Shown in pieces: positions 1-13,800 of a DNA stretch of 64,000 nt (position 1 is the stretch's first letter; each line of letters begins with the position of its first letter). This DNA is from Trichoplax adhaerens. Taxonomy: Eukaryota; Animalia; Placozoa. The stretch is from NCBI RefSeq assembly GCF_000150275.1, contig NW_002060947.1, positions 7,735,880 through 7,799,879 on the forward strand. The letters run 5' to 3'. Made by a program: the position numbers and the translations under genes. The notes under the pieces were generated by a model. It was not told the DNA's origin and ran no database searches. It worked only from the letters and a program-made list of their open reading frames with translations.

Positions 1-140
1 CAATCACACTAAATGATGAAGTAGTTGGATACTGAAGTGTTTCTAGTATTAGCGTATATTTACGCAAAGGCTATAAATGTGTTGTTTTAACAATATGTCA
101 GGGTAAAAATCATAAATATAGAAGGTACAGCTGCAAATAC

Positions 141-3100
141 CTTGCGACTTTGACTTCAATAGTAAACTTTCGGTCTTTAAAGTATAGATTCTCTAGCTGC
201 TTCCACGCGTAAAACTGTTAAATTAGTAAAATAACGTTAAAGTTGCAACATTATAAAATAACATAAACTGTTCAAACATCTATGTCATCGCTACACACAG
301 TCTTCATTATAGCTATCAAGGTCAGTAAATGAACATTTTCTAACAACTATGCAGTTATATCTCAAGTAAGATTTATGAAAGTAATCAATAATTTATCACC
401 TCCTGACATATTTCTTTGTCTTCATAACAGAACTGTCCGATTCCTTGAAGACTAACCCCCACATAAATTTGTCGCCCAGCTTCATTCTAGTCATATTATA
501 GTGTAGAAAATTGAATAAAACAACACAAAATGTACCAACAATAAATCGTATTCTACATTTACTTTATATGGTATCTAAATTTAAAATTTCTGCATTAGTA
601 ACCAATGAATAAAGTCTGTATACGAAACCGATAAGCTTAACGGAAAAGGATTCAAGCTTTTCCATGTGCAATGTAAATATAGGGTAAACTTAAGTTTATG
701 ATTATTTCAGGACTAGTAAAATGGTCTTATAGTTTACAAATCGTAGAAGCTATTTACCTGCATTTTAAAGAAATGCAATCCGTACGTTGGGATATCCTGC
801 ACAATCGACATAAATCTATCCGTAAAGGTATACAAAGGACGTGGATAATTTAAGGCCATTGCATTAATTTTTGGCTAATATTATCTGAATTAATTAAAGT
901 CATAAGTAATTTCAATGTATATAAGTCATTGCAAGCTCAACATCAATAGCGTATGAATAGATTAATAATTATAATTTCAAAGTAAGTATTTCTATATTGC
1001 AATTGCATAAATGCTTTTTCCTTTAAAAACATAAAAAAGAAAAAACTACCGACTTCTGCTCTCAAATTAAGTGGAATAAGTGCATGACAAGCAAATAACA
1101 ATTGTATTACCGATGTGGTATTTAAAATGAGATGATTTCGATAGTAAAACGAGCTAAATCAGCCCATTGATAATATTGTAGTGAAAGAAGATATTGTACA
1201 AAAAAAATGGACGAAGAGCAAATTCGGCACATGTGAGACAGTTGAATCACCTCATGATAGCATCCCCTCGGCTCCAACCGTATATTTGACAGTAGTTAGA
1301 ACAAATTTTTCCTCTTCTGTTCGTTTCCATGAAAGAAAAGAGATAAATCAACAAGAGTATTACAATCCTTTCAAAATATTACTCAGGCAACTGTAAGTTA
1401 TTTCTGTTCAACAGTTGATTGAACAATTCCAGTTCGTTACATTGAAGTGCTGCATTTATTTAGTATACAAGTCACTAATAAAATGTACTGAAAACGATAA
1501 GTGCATTGAATTTAAACTTACAATGATGATAAGGCTGGATCAGTTTTATATATAATTGCTGGTAGAAATTGTGTGCGTTTTAATTGCTCAATTGCAATCT
1601 CCTCGCTTTTAAAACAAAAAAATTACAATTACGAGAATAGCATTTTAAATTAAATCAAACATTTAACGTTTGCGTAACCAACTAGTTATCTATATCGACA
1701 GAGATATATCTGTTTCATGTACGGTGCTCAAGGTACAGTAATGAGAATGACTTACTAAAAAGATATTACCTTAAATAGGGCATTCTAATTGGTGTGTTAT
1801 TAAATACATAATGAGGATTTTAATTTAAAAACATTTAAAATTTGATGTACTGTACTGTAGAATTAGATTCACAAAAGAGAGATAACAACGTAGTTATTGA
1901 TAAAAGATCCAGACATAAAAGTTGGAAAATGCCATTAATACTAGCTCGCTGTTTCCATTCAACACATTTGATGTAGTTAAATTAAGTACTGTACTACAGT
2001 ACAATTAGCATTGTTATACGGGTATTGACCATATCAGGTTGAAAAATCACTTTGAAAGTAAAAATTTTTATTAATATAATTTGTTTTCTTTTTTATTAGC
2101 TTACCTCGTAAAATTTCCTCTCGAAGCCTAAATAAGATAAAATTGATGTTCATGAGCACAAATAGAGCAACATGGAACCGAACCAATTCGTAGTCGATAA
2201 AAACAAGGAGTAAATAACTTAATTAAAGTAAAGTAAAATAATGAAATCAGCAAAAATTGATATGCAGCAGTTAAAATGTTCTGCTAACGTGCATACTATG
2301 TTTAGGGTACGCCACTGCAGTTCCAGGATAGTTCAAAATTAAAAATATGACTGTAGCATTACTAATATAATTAATACGATTTCTTACAAATGCATCACGC
2401 AGTATAGAATCAAAGACATAAATAAGTGTTGTACGACTACTGTCGTGGACTACCGAATCAAAAGAGTATTTGGTGATCTATGCTATAGTAAAGAGACATC
2501 TTTCGGCTCATGTAGTACCAAAACGGTTTTAAAATTCAAAATTTATCCAGACCTGTAAGACTAGAGCCGCCAAGCGACACAGTGTATCGTAGGTGCACTC
2601 AAGTCGACCTTGGGAGATAAGTTGACGAACTTGCATGTAGAACATGATTACTGTTGTGCCATCGTGTAACAACGAGACATCATCGATGTAATGGCGAACG
2701 CTAAGAGTCATCCTTAAGACAGATTGAGGGGGCATTTGCTCCATGACGGGATTATCCATTTGAAGCCAAACTTCTTCTCCGCTAGTTATGGGTGATAAAG
2801 TTTCAAGTTTATATCAAACGAATTGCTTTACTATACGCCTCTAAAAGCCAAAGGGTTTCCGAATGATTAAAATACGACCATTATGGCATACTTGTATGTG
2901 CTATACTACATATCGAGCTGAGGTTTTGAGGGAAGAAATAAGTTACTAGTAAAGGTCGTTATTGGTTACAATACAGCGATTGGGACTATTGCTTTTATTC
3001 CATCATGACATAAAAAGCATTCTTCAATTTTTAATATTGATTCGTAGATGGAAATGTCTCCTTCAAAACTAAGTGAGATTAAAAATTTAAAACTGTGACC

Positions 3101-5907
3101 ATGTTAATCTCTCCATACTCCTCTACTACTGAGTACCTTTGATGTATAAGGTACTGTACGAAAAAGATAAATTAATTACTGCAGTGAAAAGATAGGAAGA
3201 ATGGACACTGGATCTACATTTAGCAATCGGATATAGGATATAGTATTTCCGTAGCTCTCTCTACCCTGCTAACGGTAGAAATGTTGTTGATCATACAGTT
3301 AAAAACAAACGAATCATTCCTTTGGCAAAGCGTAAGAGCGATTGTTGCCAAGTCATCAATGACAAGACCCAACTTGATACAGTGAAAAAAAACTGGCTGT
3401 ACAGTAACTTAAGGAGTCGATTTTCAAGAGTAGTACAGTAAATTTAGGATAATTATTATGTCTCCGCGTATTTGCAGGTTCCGAGATTATAAAAGCATTT
3501 ACACTTCACTATTGTATAAAAGAATGGAAAACAACGATATTGGAATTTCTAATCTAATCTGCAAGCGAATCAAGCTTATATTAGTTGTATTGTCATTATA
3601 GGATATTTGAACTATACAGTACAAGAACCTTCGTCCATGACATGAACCAGACGGTACTAGTCAATTCTTTCTTGCATATTGTTGTTCAGTATTTAATATG
3701 ATCAAACCATAAGGTACGTTGGACTGTTACGATGGTCAATGAAATGGCGTACAGTAGCAGACAGAATTATTTGGCGTTACTGTAATTCATAATCATCTAC
3801 ATCAGTACTATCGAATCATTTATTTATGCTAACCAATTAATCTCGTTTGCGTTAGACCATTGGTAGTTATAGAAAATAATTATCAATTTAATAATATCGA
3901 TTTCTATTTGTAATTTTTGCAGGCGATTGAGTAGCTGGCAATATAGTAAGAAAACTACAAAGCATTTTAATTTTAGGATAAAATGATTTTAATTTTTACA
4001 TTGGAAATTAGATTGTAATGTCCCTTTATTCCGTGTTTTAATAATTCGGGTCGCTATTTTTTAGTCCAATATCCAGTCCAACTTACATTTCATTTCTGAA
4101 GATTAGCCCAAAGTATTCTCGTTCAGCTAAATGGATCTCAGCGCAAATTCTATCAAGTAGTTCTCTGGCTAATAGTTTTTCCTATGAACAAAAAATAATT
4201 GAACCCCATTCAAAATTATTATTCATATCCATAAATAGTAAGTATTATGCAGCAATCAATCTTCCAGAATGGAATCTGGTCTTGAATAAGAGACATTCTT
4301 TCAATATCATTTGTAAGAGAAAATTCCAGCCTAAAATTAGAGTATCCAGACAACGTCTAGCTAGCTTTCAATGACGATATGATTTGATTATTTCAATGGA
4401 CCATAAAAATGTTTTTCTAACGTCGGGGATAAAATCAACATAGTGAAAAGATCTTTCATACTATCGGCCAGGCGTCTGCATTGCCAACAATTTGAGAAGA
4501 AGTAATTTTGAGACGTTAAAAGTTGCAAGTAACTCTTTCAAAGTCGACGTAAAGGGTAAATTATGACACTGAAAAGTAATTCGTCAATTTTGACACTGAA
4601 AATAGTTAATAAAATTAAATGGAAAAGAAAATTCATTGCCAACCGCAAAATATGGAGGGGTAGTCCATTCTAGCTGGAGTAGCAACGCCAAAGCTAAAGT
4701 AGAATCATACTATCGATAGTATGGTGTACTGTTGTTTGAGTATGTTTCTATCTTGGTCTCCAAGTTTGCTCTTTTCCCTTTCCGCCTTGAGGAAACTGTC
4801 GCCGACAGTGACTGCATTAGTTTCAACTCATTTTCTAGCGTCAACCGTCTCGGACGTCAAACACTGGGTGCGTACGTCCTCAAATGCCGATCGAACACAA
4901 ATCATTTTTCACTCACACAATGAGTGTTTGACACAGTTCAAGTCAGTCACTGCAGTTGCAAAATTGAAGTTGTGAATTAATTAATTCCCCCCCCCAAATT
5001 CTTTGACTCAAAGGGCAGAGACAAACTTTGTCAATAAAAGTGGGAACGATTTCATTCAGTAATATCTCGTTTGATAAGACATACTGTATCTCGGTCTAGG
5101 TGAGTACCATCGAAATAAAGAATGGATCTTATGGATTGATCAATGATTACGGATTAGCAACACTACTGCAATACAGCACTCAATTTGGCGTAGCTGCAGT
5201 CGACAACTAGCTTTGGCTTTGAAAATGTTCCACAAGTAAGAAAGTACCCAGGATACGAGTACAGTATGTAAAGTAATGAATTCGGAAAGAGCACAAGGAA
5301 ATACTCTAGGTCATTATAATGCGGTGATAAACTTGAACATTGCATAATTATACTTCATGTAGCATGTACCTACTGAGTAAGCGAAAGTGTTTTAAGCATT
5401 TCCAGTCATAGTCGATCAATCCAGTCACTAGATGGCATTTCAGATTCAACCTCTTCAACAGAAGGCTACATCGTATTGTCACAACATAAAGCAATGATCG
5501 CCGATGACACTAGCACTTTACAGCATATTCATTGGAGTATAGTAACATCGAGAGTGGACGGTGTCGAACCTATACTCCTGTTCAAGTCTAGTGATGTGTC
5601 AATGATAAGATTGGATACGATAGTACTGTCTACAAGCCGGTTAACTTGAGGAACAAGCTTGCTAAAGTAGAAATGGATTCATTGATGTCGAATTCAAGAA
5701 ATTGGCATTCTGTATTTCTAATTCACTGCAGAATAATTTACTCTCTGGGTGACGACGACGTCACTCAAGTACTGTATTCCTGTACGTCCACTATTTACAG
5801 AGTATGTCTCCTCAATCATTATTATAATTATCGCAAACCTGTATATGGGTATGCAACCTCCTTCCATCGAGTAACACAACAGTGCAAGTTTTGCCGTCTT
5901 CGTTCAT
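141..5907 (-). CDS. FRMD4: FERM domain-containing protein 4 (FRMD4A/B-like), multi-exon, runs off the left edge of the window
   Basis: Phase-consistent GT-AG exons: 5907-5839 (MNEDGKTCTVVLLDGRRLHTHIQ), 4181-4087 (EKLLARELLDRICAEIHLAEREYFGLIF), 2781-2553 (GEEVWLQMD..SVRHYIDDVSLLHD..LCRLAALVLQ), 2127-2105 (ASRGNFT), 1605-1522, 1316-1251 (GWSRGDAIM), 815-758 (FMSIVQDIPTYGLHFF), 486-400, 214-141 (FYAWKQLENLYFKDRKFTIEV). These follow remembered FRMD4A motifs (GRRCQVHLLDDRKL, KLLAKELLD, PTYGVHYY, WRQLENLYFREKKFSVEV) in order. Confidence 0.92.
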
Positions 5908-6129
5908 GATGAAATGCTGCTGCAATCAAAAATGCGTAACTTCACCACAGACAGAATGGGTGGTAGTTTATCATTAGCCGTTAATGCACCCTGGTGTCAT
6001 TTTTCGCTGCCAGTAAAAAAAATATTATCATTTCAATGCTTTGAAAGAAAGAATAAGGAAGCGGCGATCGTTGGAAGTGCGCACTGTCGAAATGAAAAAG
6101 GGTCCACGGTTCGGATCGGTAAGTGACTG

Positions 6130-6380
6130 TCAGGAATCTACTGTAAAAGATAGTTTTACACTGACAGAGCATGCACAGTACGTGTACAGTACATTGTACA
6201 GTACAGTACAGTACTGTGTGTACAATCCTACACACGTGACCAGTCATGTTACCGAGCCGTCCGAGCGTACAGTACAGCATTTTCGTTACGCCTGCGTATA
6301 CGGGATGCAAGTTATGGGAGTGACGCTTACTGGGCTCTTCAATGACGTCACGGTACGGTACTGTACTGTGGACCCGTAAT
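6130..6380. promoter_or_regulatory. GC-richer GTAC/TACTGTA-dense island upstream of FRMD4, containing a perfect CRE palindrome TGACGTCA at 6343-6350
   Basis: Sequence gtacagtacattgtacagtacagtacagtactgtgtgtac lies 220-470 bp upstream of the FRMD4 ATG. The promoter role is inferred from position only. Confidence 0.4.
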
Positions 6381-7861
6381 TTCTATAGTAATTACTGTAA
6401 TATGGAAACTCAATCTTCTGATCGGTCCGAAAAGCAGGAAGAGAACTGCCTGCTATAGCGAAAGAAAGATGCCTTTGGATTGATATCTTGGAACGAATTG
6501 AAATTGAAATAAAATAATGTTACCATAGACAGTATTACAATATATTACTGAATTAGTGGTACTGTATAGACGAGTCTATTTTAACATTCGAATCCATTCA
6601 AAGTATATCATAAGGCTTCCCATGTTAGAGTAATTGAATTATATATGTAAAATTCAAAATTGAATGGACATCTTCAATCGATACTGACAGATTCAGGCCA
6701 AATATGTAAAGCAATAAAATCCACATATTTTCCTATCATCAAGATTTATGCATTCGAATTGTCCTCAATCTCAAATTAATTGCCACCTAACCTTAACCTA
6801 CCTTTACCCCTTCACAATCGAAACTCTGAGTTTTATATTGTGCGACTTAATGATCACAAAAGTTACAAGGTAAATTATCTCATGCAACCATACTGTAGTA
6901 GCGACATTCATTGAACCATCTATACCGCACTCCACGATCATGGATTACTGGATGAATGACAGTAAATTATATTACATAATTGTTGATTGAAACAGGTGCT
7001 CGTGATACTTGGCACATTTATTGGCGAAGTAAAATCTTACGACAAAAATTAGATTTATTTTTCATCAGTTGCTCACATCAGAACATGTTCGACCATCCGA
7101 TAGGTAATACAGAAGAAATGAGCTTAAATAGTAACCATAGATATACGTATTATTAACAGCGCCAATTCCTATGTTTACCATAGTCGTTACACAATGATCA
7201 AAATTCGAAAGCGAAATGAAATAACTTACAATTAGTTATTCCACCTATCCATGATTTGATAACTGAAATCTCAAGATATTAGTGTTTCACATAACTCCCA
7301 GGTTTCTTTTCTCAACGCTGGTAATATCATATATTATGTATTAATTAAGTATAAATTTATCATACGCGTATTAACGGGTTAATTAAAACAGCATACATAA
7401 CGTTTCTAATGATGACGTTTATAACAACGATTAATATCGCAAGAGTGAATTGGGTGACAATGACGCCAATTCGTTCTAACAATGATTTACATCAGAATAA
7501 GCGTAGTCACAAATTCGTATCTTACATGCTGATAGGACAATTTACCATACGCACAAATTTAGGAGCAACACCGCCATTGAACAAACAATATGTTATATGG
7601 AATGATAACGATTATATATAAAAGATTTTTATACCAAAATATCGTAATAAACATAATGAACGTCGTATCATTAAAAGCAGCTCCATAGAATAATAATTTA
7701 CCTTTTACGAGTATGACACCAATTAAAAAGTATAACAATCAAAACACAGAAAATTTTTAGATATTTTGCAAGCATATGCAACTTGCCCAATAGCTGATAC
7801 GTGTATATGGATATGGCGAATTGACGATAAAAGTGAACAAGACTGAAATGTCGAAACTTAA

Positions 7862-10800
7862 CTAAAGAGTAGTAGAAATTTTTCCTTTTGCAACTTGATT
7901 GAAACTCGATTTACGGCGTGTTGCTGACCTTTTTAACCACTGTTCATGATGTTGTAGAATGGTACTGCTACCGGGTACACCCGCCAAAAACTCTCCCTAT
8001 AAATATAAACGTTATAGGCTTATTATACGTGCATACAGAAATTTTAAATTCTAATCATTACTCAAATTGATTCTTAAAAATAAACATAAACTTGGAAATA
8101 ATGAGATAATCAACGTCAGTTACATCAACCTATTCGGTAAAGTAAAGCACCTTTTTCTCTAGGTCTTGCCGTAAACGTTGAAAAGCTTCCCACATTTTAT
8201 CATGCAAAGGCTTCATTTGATTAGTTATTAAACGTTCTTGAACTATAAGGCCATTTTCTAAAACTACCAACTTTAATTACATTGAAATAAAGGATAAATT
8301 TAAAACTTGGACAAATGATCAAATGAATAACTAAATTTATCAGCATTGTATATGAATCAACAGTTCTATTGAATATTTTCGCAACTAAAAATTCCAGTTA
8401 TAATTACCAATTTTAAAAGTGTAACATAAAGCTCAACAACGAGTTCAATATCATTAATATGGCTAGCAAGGTACTCTTGGCAAATGAAAGCCTAAATTGA
8501 GGAAGAGATTTGAATTAGCAAGCACGCATCAAACAGTGAGCAAATTTCAATAAAATAGGAAACATCATCATTTAACAACCGTCAAATCATAGCATGATTA
8601 TCTTACTTCCTGATATTTTCCCAAACCACCATTAACAGGCGCTATAATCGTACCCTGCAACGCTAGTGTTAGAGCTTCGATTTTTACGTTAACAGAATTC
8701 TCCAGCCCTAAAATTTGTTCTTCCAAAGCTTCCAACTTTTCTTGTAGTGAAACTACTGCATGCTCAAGAGGCTGCAATACTTTCTAATTAAAATGCACAA
8801 TTCCAGGTTGTTACATTGCTTTATATGTGCATGATATGACACAGTACTATTAAACCACCTAACATAACAAGCATGCAATATTTCTCGATCTTGCCATAGA
8901 GTTTTAATGATATAACCGTAATACTTGTTAGAAATAAAGTCTGTATCAACACTAACCTTTTCAACATCAATAACTTCGAACCATAGTTGCAGGCCAGGAA
9001 GTGGTTTCTCTATTTTTAACCGATATTGAATTAATCCTAGAGACTGATAAAATGCACAGAATCATTATCTTTTACAGATATAAAAATGGAATTAATTTAT
9101 CCTGTACTTATAGAAGCTTTCTATCGAACCCGTTATTGAAGCATTAGGTACTCTAAAATTACTAGAATCTCGTATATATATAGGATTTTAGCTTTTCATA
9201 TACATATGTTTCAACCGTCGACTGCAATTAGTAAATCTCATGATAACATTAGTAATAATAGTTAGTGCTATTGTTGGGTTTCTGACTTGAATTGAAAAGA
9301 AAATTATGGCACAGATTTTAGTAATAAAGCGAACTCAGACAACCAGAAACATGTAGAGCTAAACAAACTGTATTTTTATGTTGTAAACGTGCTAGAACTT
9401 TTACAAAGGTAATACCTATATTGTAAGCATAGTATAACTGACTACTTCAATCATTCTTACTTTGAAAACATTATTGGAATCTGTTTTGCCAATTTGTACC
9501 GCAACTGATTTTTCAAAAGTATCAATTCCGCTTCTTTTAAAGCATCTGTGCATAATAAGTGGAAATTTTAAGTAGCAAATCAAGAATTTGATGACGGAGA
9601 TTATTGATAGTCTAAAGGCGATAGTTCCATTAGGGTATCGTTTATCCTTATTGTAATTTATATCTTACCTTTTGACAGTTTCTTCAACTTTAGCTGATGA
9701 TATATAATCTTTAGATTCTATAACTGGCTTTGCTGGCATGATTTGAATATCTTGAACATTAATTATATTTGTTAATTAACATTAGTAGTTACCATTTAGG
9801 ACCGTTAATAGAGAAAGATATTTATTTATTTAAGCATGTACATTGAACTTCATCGCGATAGTATTTTGTAGGGTCGCTTCTAGCTTGGAGTAATTGGGCT
9901 TCTGGAAAGTAGATTTGCAGCGTACTGCAAAAATCAGTAATAGCTTGCGATGAACTGTAGATATAGGTTTTATTCTAAAAGAGGATGTAAATATTTTAAT
10001 AAGTTAGTTAAGGATAGCAATCACAGCATGCAATAAAAATTGTAAGAAAAGAGCTATGTTTTGCAAAGATTCTAGAATCGAACATTATTCTAAGTATCAT
10101 AAAGTATGCACACTATGAAAATTGACTATAGTTGCTAATTCTAAATATTAAACACTATACGATCATATAATTTCGATTTACTTTCAATGCAATATTTCAT
10201 ATTAGTACGTACCTGGATCAGCTTTGGAAAGCGAAGCCCGTAAAATCCAACATGGTAAAAATAAGGAAGGACAACTCTGGAATCTAACATTTTATCCACG
10301 ATATTCGCGTATTTTTTCTAGGACAAAATGAGTTAGGTATTACACAACTTTAAATCAAACCGCAACGGACTAATAACGAGTAAAATTAGCGCCATCAGGC
10401 AACAGGTAACTACATATTTGCCACAATACTTGAGGTGAGAATATGTATGATATTAACATTATTGCAGCAATATTCGATATAATCAACATAAATTTTCTTT
10501 TAGCACAACTAGATGTAAAATTATAGCAAGAAAGATTTACCATTTAATAAACTCCTAAATTACACTTAGCTAGAAACATTAAATATACATGTGCGTGATC
10601 ATACGATTTGCAGCACCTAGTTAGATATTACGTACCAGCATACCGCTAAGTTTCCTTAGATCCAGTTCATTTTGGTACCTGAGCACCAGGTCTCGGCAAA
10701 TAGACATAGCACTTTCCCACGACTAATATACGCATAAGCAAACAAACATTCTATCTCATTGATTTTGTTTTTAAGCCGATAAGTAATTGAAGTAATCGCA

Positions 10801-13800
10801 ATGGATAAATTAAATGTACTCAATGCAGAATTTTGACGTTAAATCAAATTAATTACAACAAGCTCAAAGTAGGATAAGTTTATCCAATATCTAACTATCT
10901 AACATTTCTTACAGCATATCATACCTCTCCTTGTATAAATAGATCCACAGCCATTTTATTTAATTTCTCTTTTCGTTGTTCTTCCGTCTCGGCTTTATAA
11001 TTAGTATGAGCAACATCGGGTAGATAATCATTGGACCACTAACAACAAAAAAATGACACATTAGATCATTTACGTATTGTAAATATACTGTAATTAACTA
11101 ACATGAAGGAATGACTTTGTCCGAAATGTAGCGAGAATAAAAATGAAAGCAATTTACCGTCAATTTATTCGAATAGTGCAATAGGGTATATCCTGCTTCA
11201 ACAAAATTTCCTAATTTTAACTGCTCTTGATAGAACTTGTTTAAGTATCTAATAAAATATTAAATAGTCGCATTCAAGAAATGCTATAAACTCTCCATGC
11301 ATGTTACTATGAGCGTATTTTTTGAAATATTTGTGAATTTTAAATGTAGCCGCAGCAATTTTTAAGAAATGTGAACACTTTTATACTAGAATATTGCAGC
11401 TAAAAATCCAGTACATGTTTAGAGTTCATTGAGGAAAATATTATTTAGAAACATGAATAACTGCCTTCCAGCATACCTGATATATAGACTCTGATAATTA
11501 ATGCTGTAATAAAAGTCCTATAAAGGTGGCAATTATTACAGATAATCATTAGAAATTGTTGTTGAACGTATAAAATTTGCTTCAATTAAGCCATAATTTA
11601 GTGGAAAGAATACAAAATTTTACCAATATTCGTAGACGTAAATCGTTATTTACTAAAGCTATATAATAGTTCACCTAACTTTTCCATTATCTCCGGTTAT
11701 CATTTATCGATTTTATGAGTATCAATATAATTACAGTAAAATCTTATCTTAAGATAGCGAAAGAATTTACAATCAAACATGTTCGTTAATGATTGACAGC
11801 TTACAATGAGGTTTCTAAGGCATCGCAACTTTACATCTTGATTCTCGACATGAAAATTTCTATAATCAATCCGCCAGATAAAGGAATGAATTCAGTTTTA
11901 AAGTTAGTATTTGATACCATAAGTGGAGTGTTATGATTATTTATGATTAAATTATAAATTGAATGAAGAAGATTTTGTAGCCGGCTAGTTGCTTTAGGCT
12001 ACGTGGCTATATTATATAGAAGCTAGATAAATTAGCGCAGGTACATAACTGCGTCTGATTATTGGCTAAAGCCGATATACAGTGATTGCAATGTGTAATA
12101 CATTAAGGAGTGGTAAGATTTTTTTTGCCCGCGTTACATAGTAATTAAGTATTGATAGTTTCACTCTATACTAATCATTGTATTAATTTTAATTTAACCT
12201 TACCTATAGTCAAGTAATTTATCAATTAGATCGGTCATGTTATTAACAAACACGCGACCATGTTCATCCAGATACTTCGAATTGAGTAACATATTGGTAA
12301 AGCTATAAAAATAACAAGATGATCTACTTAGCATTAACGGTAACAATAACTACAGAGATTCTATCCCAATATCCATTAGAATTGAGCATCATAAAAGCAA
12401 GGTAAGGAAGATAATAAAACATTGTATTTGTCATCAATAATAGAATAAAAATATAATAAAATTCTAGTCATAATAGGTTATTTAAATTGGGCACTTGGTT
12501 ATAGAAGCAAAGATAACAGTGCGATAGTTTACATATAAGATCTCAATTAGCGTTCAGGAATATATTGGTAACTCTACAAAGATAATTAATTAGACATAAC
12601 TGGACGATTTTTTCAGGATTATTAATAGTATGACAAGTGCATAAGTTCTAAACTTAAAATTTAAGTATAGCAGTTTAGGGTTTGCTAATTATTTTCTACG
12701 ATACTTACGTGTCATAGAAAATCTCTCGATATTCGTAGTCGCCTTTACCGGAATTAATTAACTCATGAGTTTTATCGAGAGCTTCAATTTCCACCTTAGG
12801 ATCAAGCAACAACATTAATGAAAACATACTCGGGAAAATGCCTAAATCCGTAAATAATTAGATAAGTATTTGAGTCTCACTTGTCTGATATCGTGATTTA
12901 TTGTAAATTGGAATAGTACAATGTCAAATATTACGGTCATCATAATTTTACGTATTTCTACAAAGCAAATAGATACAGTCAGTAACCATGTAGTAGGATA
13001 ATATCTGCCCTTCAAATATGACTTTCATATACTGGAGAGTTTGATACATATAAATTAATATCCATTACAATCATTGCTTATAACTGCTATGACACATTTT
13101 AAGCAAATATAGATTGTTTCCGTGTTGTATTATAACCTTTTACAGGAACCATAGATAATTCCAGGATGGTTCCAATAATAGCCGGTATATGTTCTTTCCT
13201 ATCATATGCTTTATAAAATCATATATGAAATTTAATCTATCATACAGCAAAATATGTATTATTTACAAAATTGCTAGGATTACTATAAGAGAAGTTGGAA
13301 ATTATAATTGATTACATAATTTTGTCCAATGCTCTGCCGGCTAAATTCTGTTTACCTAATAGCTCCCACATTACAGCAATCTGTTTGGCAACTTCAATTC
13401 TTAAATCACCGTATCTAATTGAACCATTGGTTTAATATTATTTACGACAATCAGCAAAGCTTTCATTCCTTAAAATCAGAATACACTACACACAGCTATA
13501 ATCAGAAAGAAAATTTTAAATTAATTAGGATGTACGTCTCTAATATTTTGTTTCTTTTGTTAGTCGAAAAAGACTCCAATTGAAGAGTATTAGCCAGTAT
13601 TAAGCTACTGGCAATAAAAAAGTAAGAGTCCCAAATCTAATTTTTGAAAGAAAGAATAAAAGATTAATTAGTTGTAAAAAATTCGAACTATATTGCACTG
13701 AAAAATGGGATTATTTATTAAAATAACTCCATTCCATGTAATTTATCCTTAGAATGTATCATCTACTTATAATCGATAAATTATCTAATATTTTAAAGTT

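Noticed and set aside
1-45. Possible next FRMD4 exon at the window edge
   Set aside because: The phase-2 continuation meets a stop within 11 codons, and this cannot be resolved without flanking sequence.
5981-6379. Overlapping antisense ORFs of 109 and 112 aa
   Set aside because: They are by-products of the stop-poor GTAC/TACTG low-complexity island, and have no recognisable domain.
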